A DNA stretch of 64,000 bases from Vicugna vicugna (lineage: Eukaryota): the NCBI GenBank assembly GCA_013265495.1, contig MU058065.1:3699003-3763002 (forward strand). Reading direction: 5' to 3'. A program made the position numbers and the translations under genes. The number at the start of each line of letters is the position of its first letter. Within the stretch, counting starts at the first letter, position 1. Shown here piece after piece: positions 62,431 to 64,000 of the stretch. The notes beneath the pieces are model-generated. The model was not told the DNA's origin and did not search any database. It was given only the letters and a program-made list of their open reading frames with translations.

Positions 62431-64000
62431 TCTAGAGCCAACTGTTGCCCCCTCAGCCTTCCCTTCTGCCGCCTCCTTTGTTCAAGACTGTATTCCCATT
62501 GAATCCCACTTTGTACTTTCCTGTCCGAAATCTTTGGCTTGGGAAGTTGAGCTTATATAAACCAAATAGCTGACTTCCTCAAACTTCCTTTTGCTGATCC
62601 CCTTTCTCGTTTTATATTGGTTTTTATACAAAGGACTGCCATTATATCCACGCAGAATTTATGGTTAAAGTTGAGACTGGACTCTTAGAAACAATGGATC
62701 AGTGGGCCATTTAGAGCTGAGTCTGTGGAGGCCCTAAAATTGAGGGCAAAGAAAAAAAGAAAGTATTTCTTTTCGTATACTCTTAAGCATGAAAAGCTCA
62801 GAAACATCTTGTAACTACACTAAAAAATCCCTGCTTTGAGGATAAAGGGTTCAACTCTAAGCATCACTTGAAGAATCCTTGCAAATTGAATGGTTCTGTT
62901 AAGAGAATATGCCGTGCATCAGGGTATTTGCCACACTCATTTATACCCAGAAGTCATACTGATGTAAAAAAAAAAATTATGAAAAAATTAAAAAGCTACA
63001 AAGGAAATATAAACATTTAACCTTCAAAAGAATGTAGATGGTGAGCCACTGGATAGGTTATTTGCTTTACCTACTTCCTCTGGGAAAAATATGTAAAAAG
63101 GAGAAGGAAATGCTCAAGGAATAGATGCTGATAAATTTGTACTGGATTGACTTTCCTTGTATTTGGCTAAGGTTATGTATTCATCTGTTTCAACTCTCCC
63201 TCTTAGTTCATCATTGTTCAGGTACTTCAGGAAATGAGATCTTCCTGAGGAAGGATCTAATGGCCAAATTCACTAAAGGAAAAGTAATAGAATTTCTGCT
63301 GACTGATTTTTTTCCCTCACTATTAATACTTCCTTATGACGGTAATGAAAACTTTGAAATATTAACTCGATTAAATGTTTTATAGTGAGAAGGAATTACT
63401 ATTTTATAGAAGTTGAATTTCTGGCCCGACAAGGGTTTTAGTGGGTTGGCAAAATCAAGAAAGGTGGTAAAAGAATCAATGAATGAAACACAAATCTCAA
63501 AGTGCAGACTTTGGAGGGATTTTTAAAAGCCATATTTTGTTCTGATTAACTCTCCTTTTCCCAGAAGCAAAGAGAATGTCCTCTGCTTAAGCAATGCAGC
63601 TAGGACAATTTGTCATCTTTAATAATACCACTAATAATAAGAAAGCCATTTTCAGGCTCTTTCGTTTTAATTAGATGCTGGGTTACTACCATCATAGCTC
63701 ATTCCAGTCTTTCTTCAAGAGCTTATATATTATACTTTTGTGGAAATAGAAGCCATTTCATAGGCAACTGTTGAAAGTCATTCTGTCTAAAGCTTATAAC
63801 TTTTATGTATTTTTCACTCAAGGAAGAATTTGGGGGGGTGGTTATGAGTGAGCCTGCCCAGAAGAACAGATCTAGACCTGTGGTAACTTTGCCAGTCACA
63901 AGCGTAAGGTTGATTTTGGTGGATATCAGAAGCCTTCTGTACCCTGAGGTTGGTAAAAGCTATAGGTTTCCTCCCCTACAGCTTTGCAACCATGTGTAAG

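Overview
Mammalian genomic DNA: AT-rich, CpG-depleted and dense in interspersed repeats. It is most likely from a camelid, based on a tRNA-Ala-derived Vic-1-like SINE and cetartiodactyl-type L1 3' ends. I can support no intact protein-coding gene, so the window looks intergenic or deep-intronic. The listed ORFs are chance ORFs or transposon relics (L1 ORF1/ORF2, Tigger1 transposase, ERVL gag/pro/pol, Charlie1). The most notable structures are: (1) a three-level nest at 48.5-54.7 kb, where an ERVL gag-pro-pol relic is split by a MER21 LTR that is itself split by a near full-length Tigger1 flanked by CA rather than TA on both sides; (2) a CpG-retaining promoter-like motif cluster at about 46.1-46.4 kb; (3) two co-oriented CTCF-like motifs; (4) a perfect 13-bp hairpin at 41.3 kb; (5) a diverged ~105-bp direct repeat at 61.2/61.9 kb; (6) a possible twin-primed micro-L1 with 3' transduction; and (7) several candidate non-coding exons. 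Repeat family names come from recalled consensus sequences. Boundaries are approximate unless TSDs or TIRs are given. I found no convincing evidence of a wholly new biological system.
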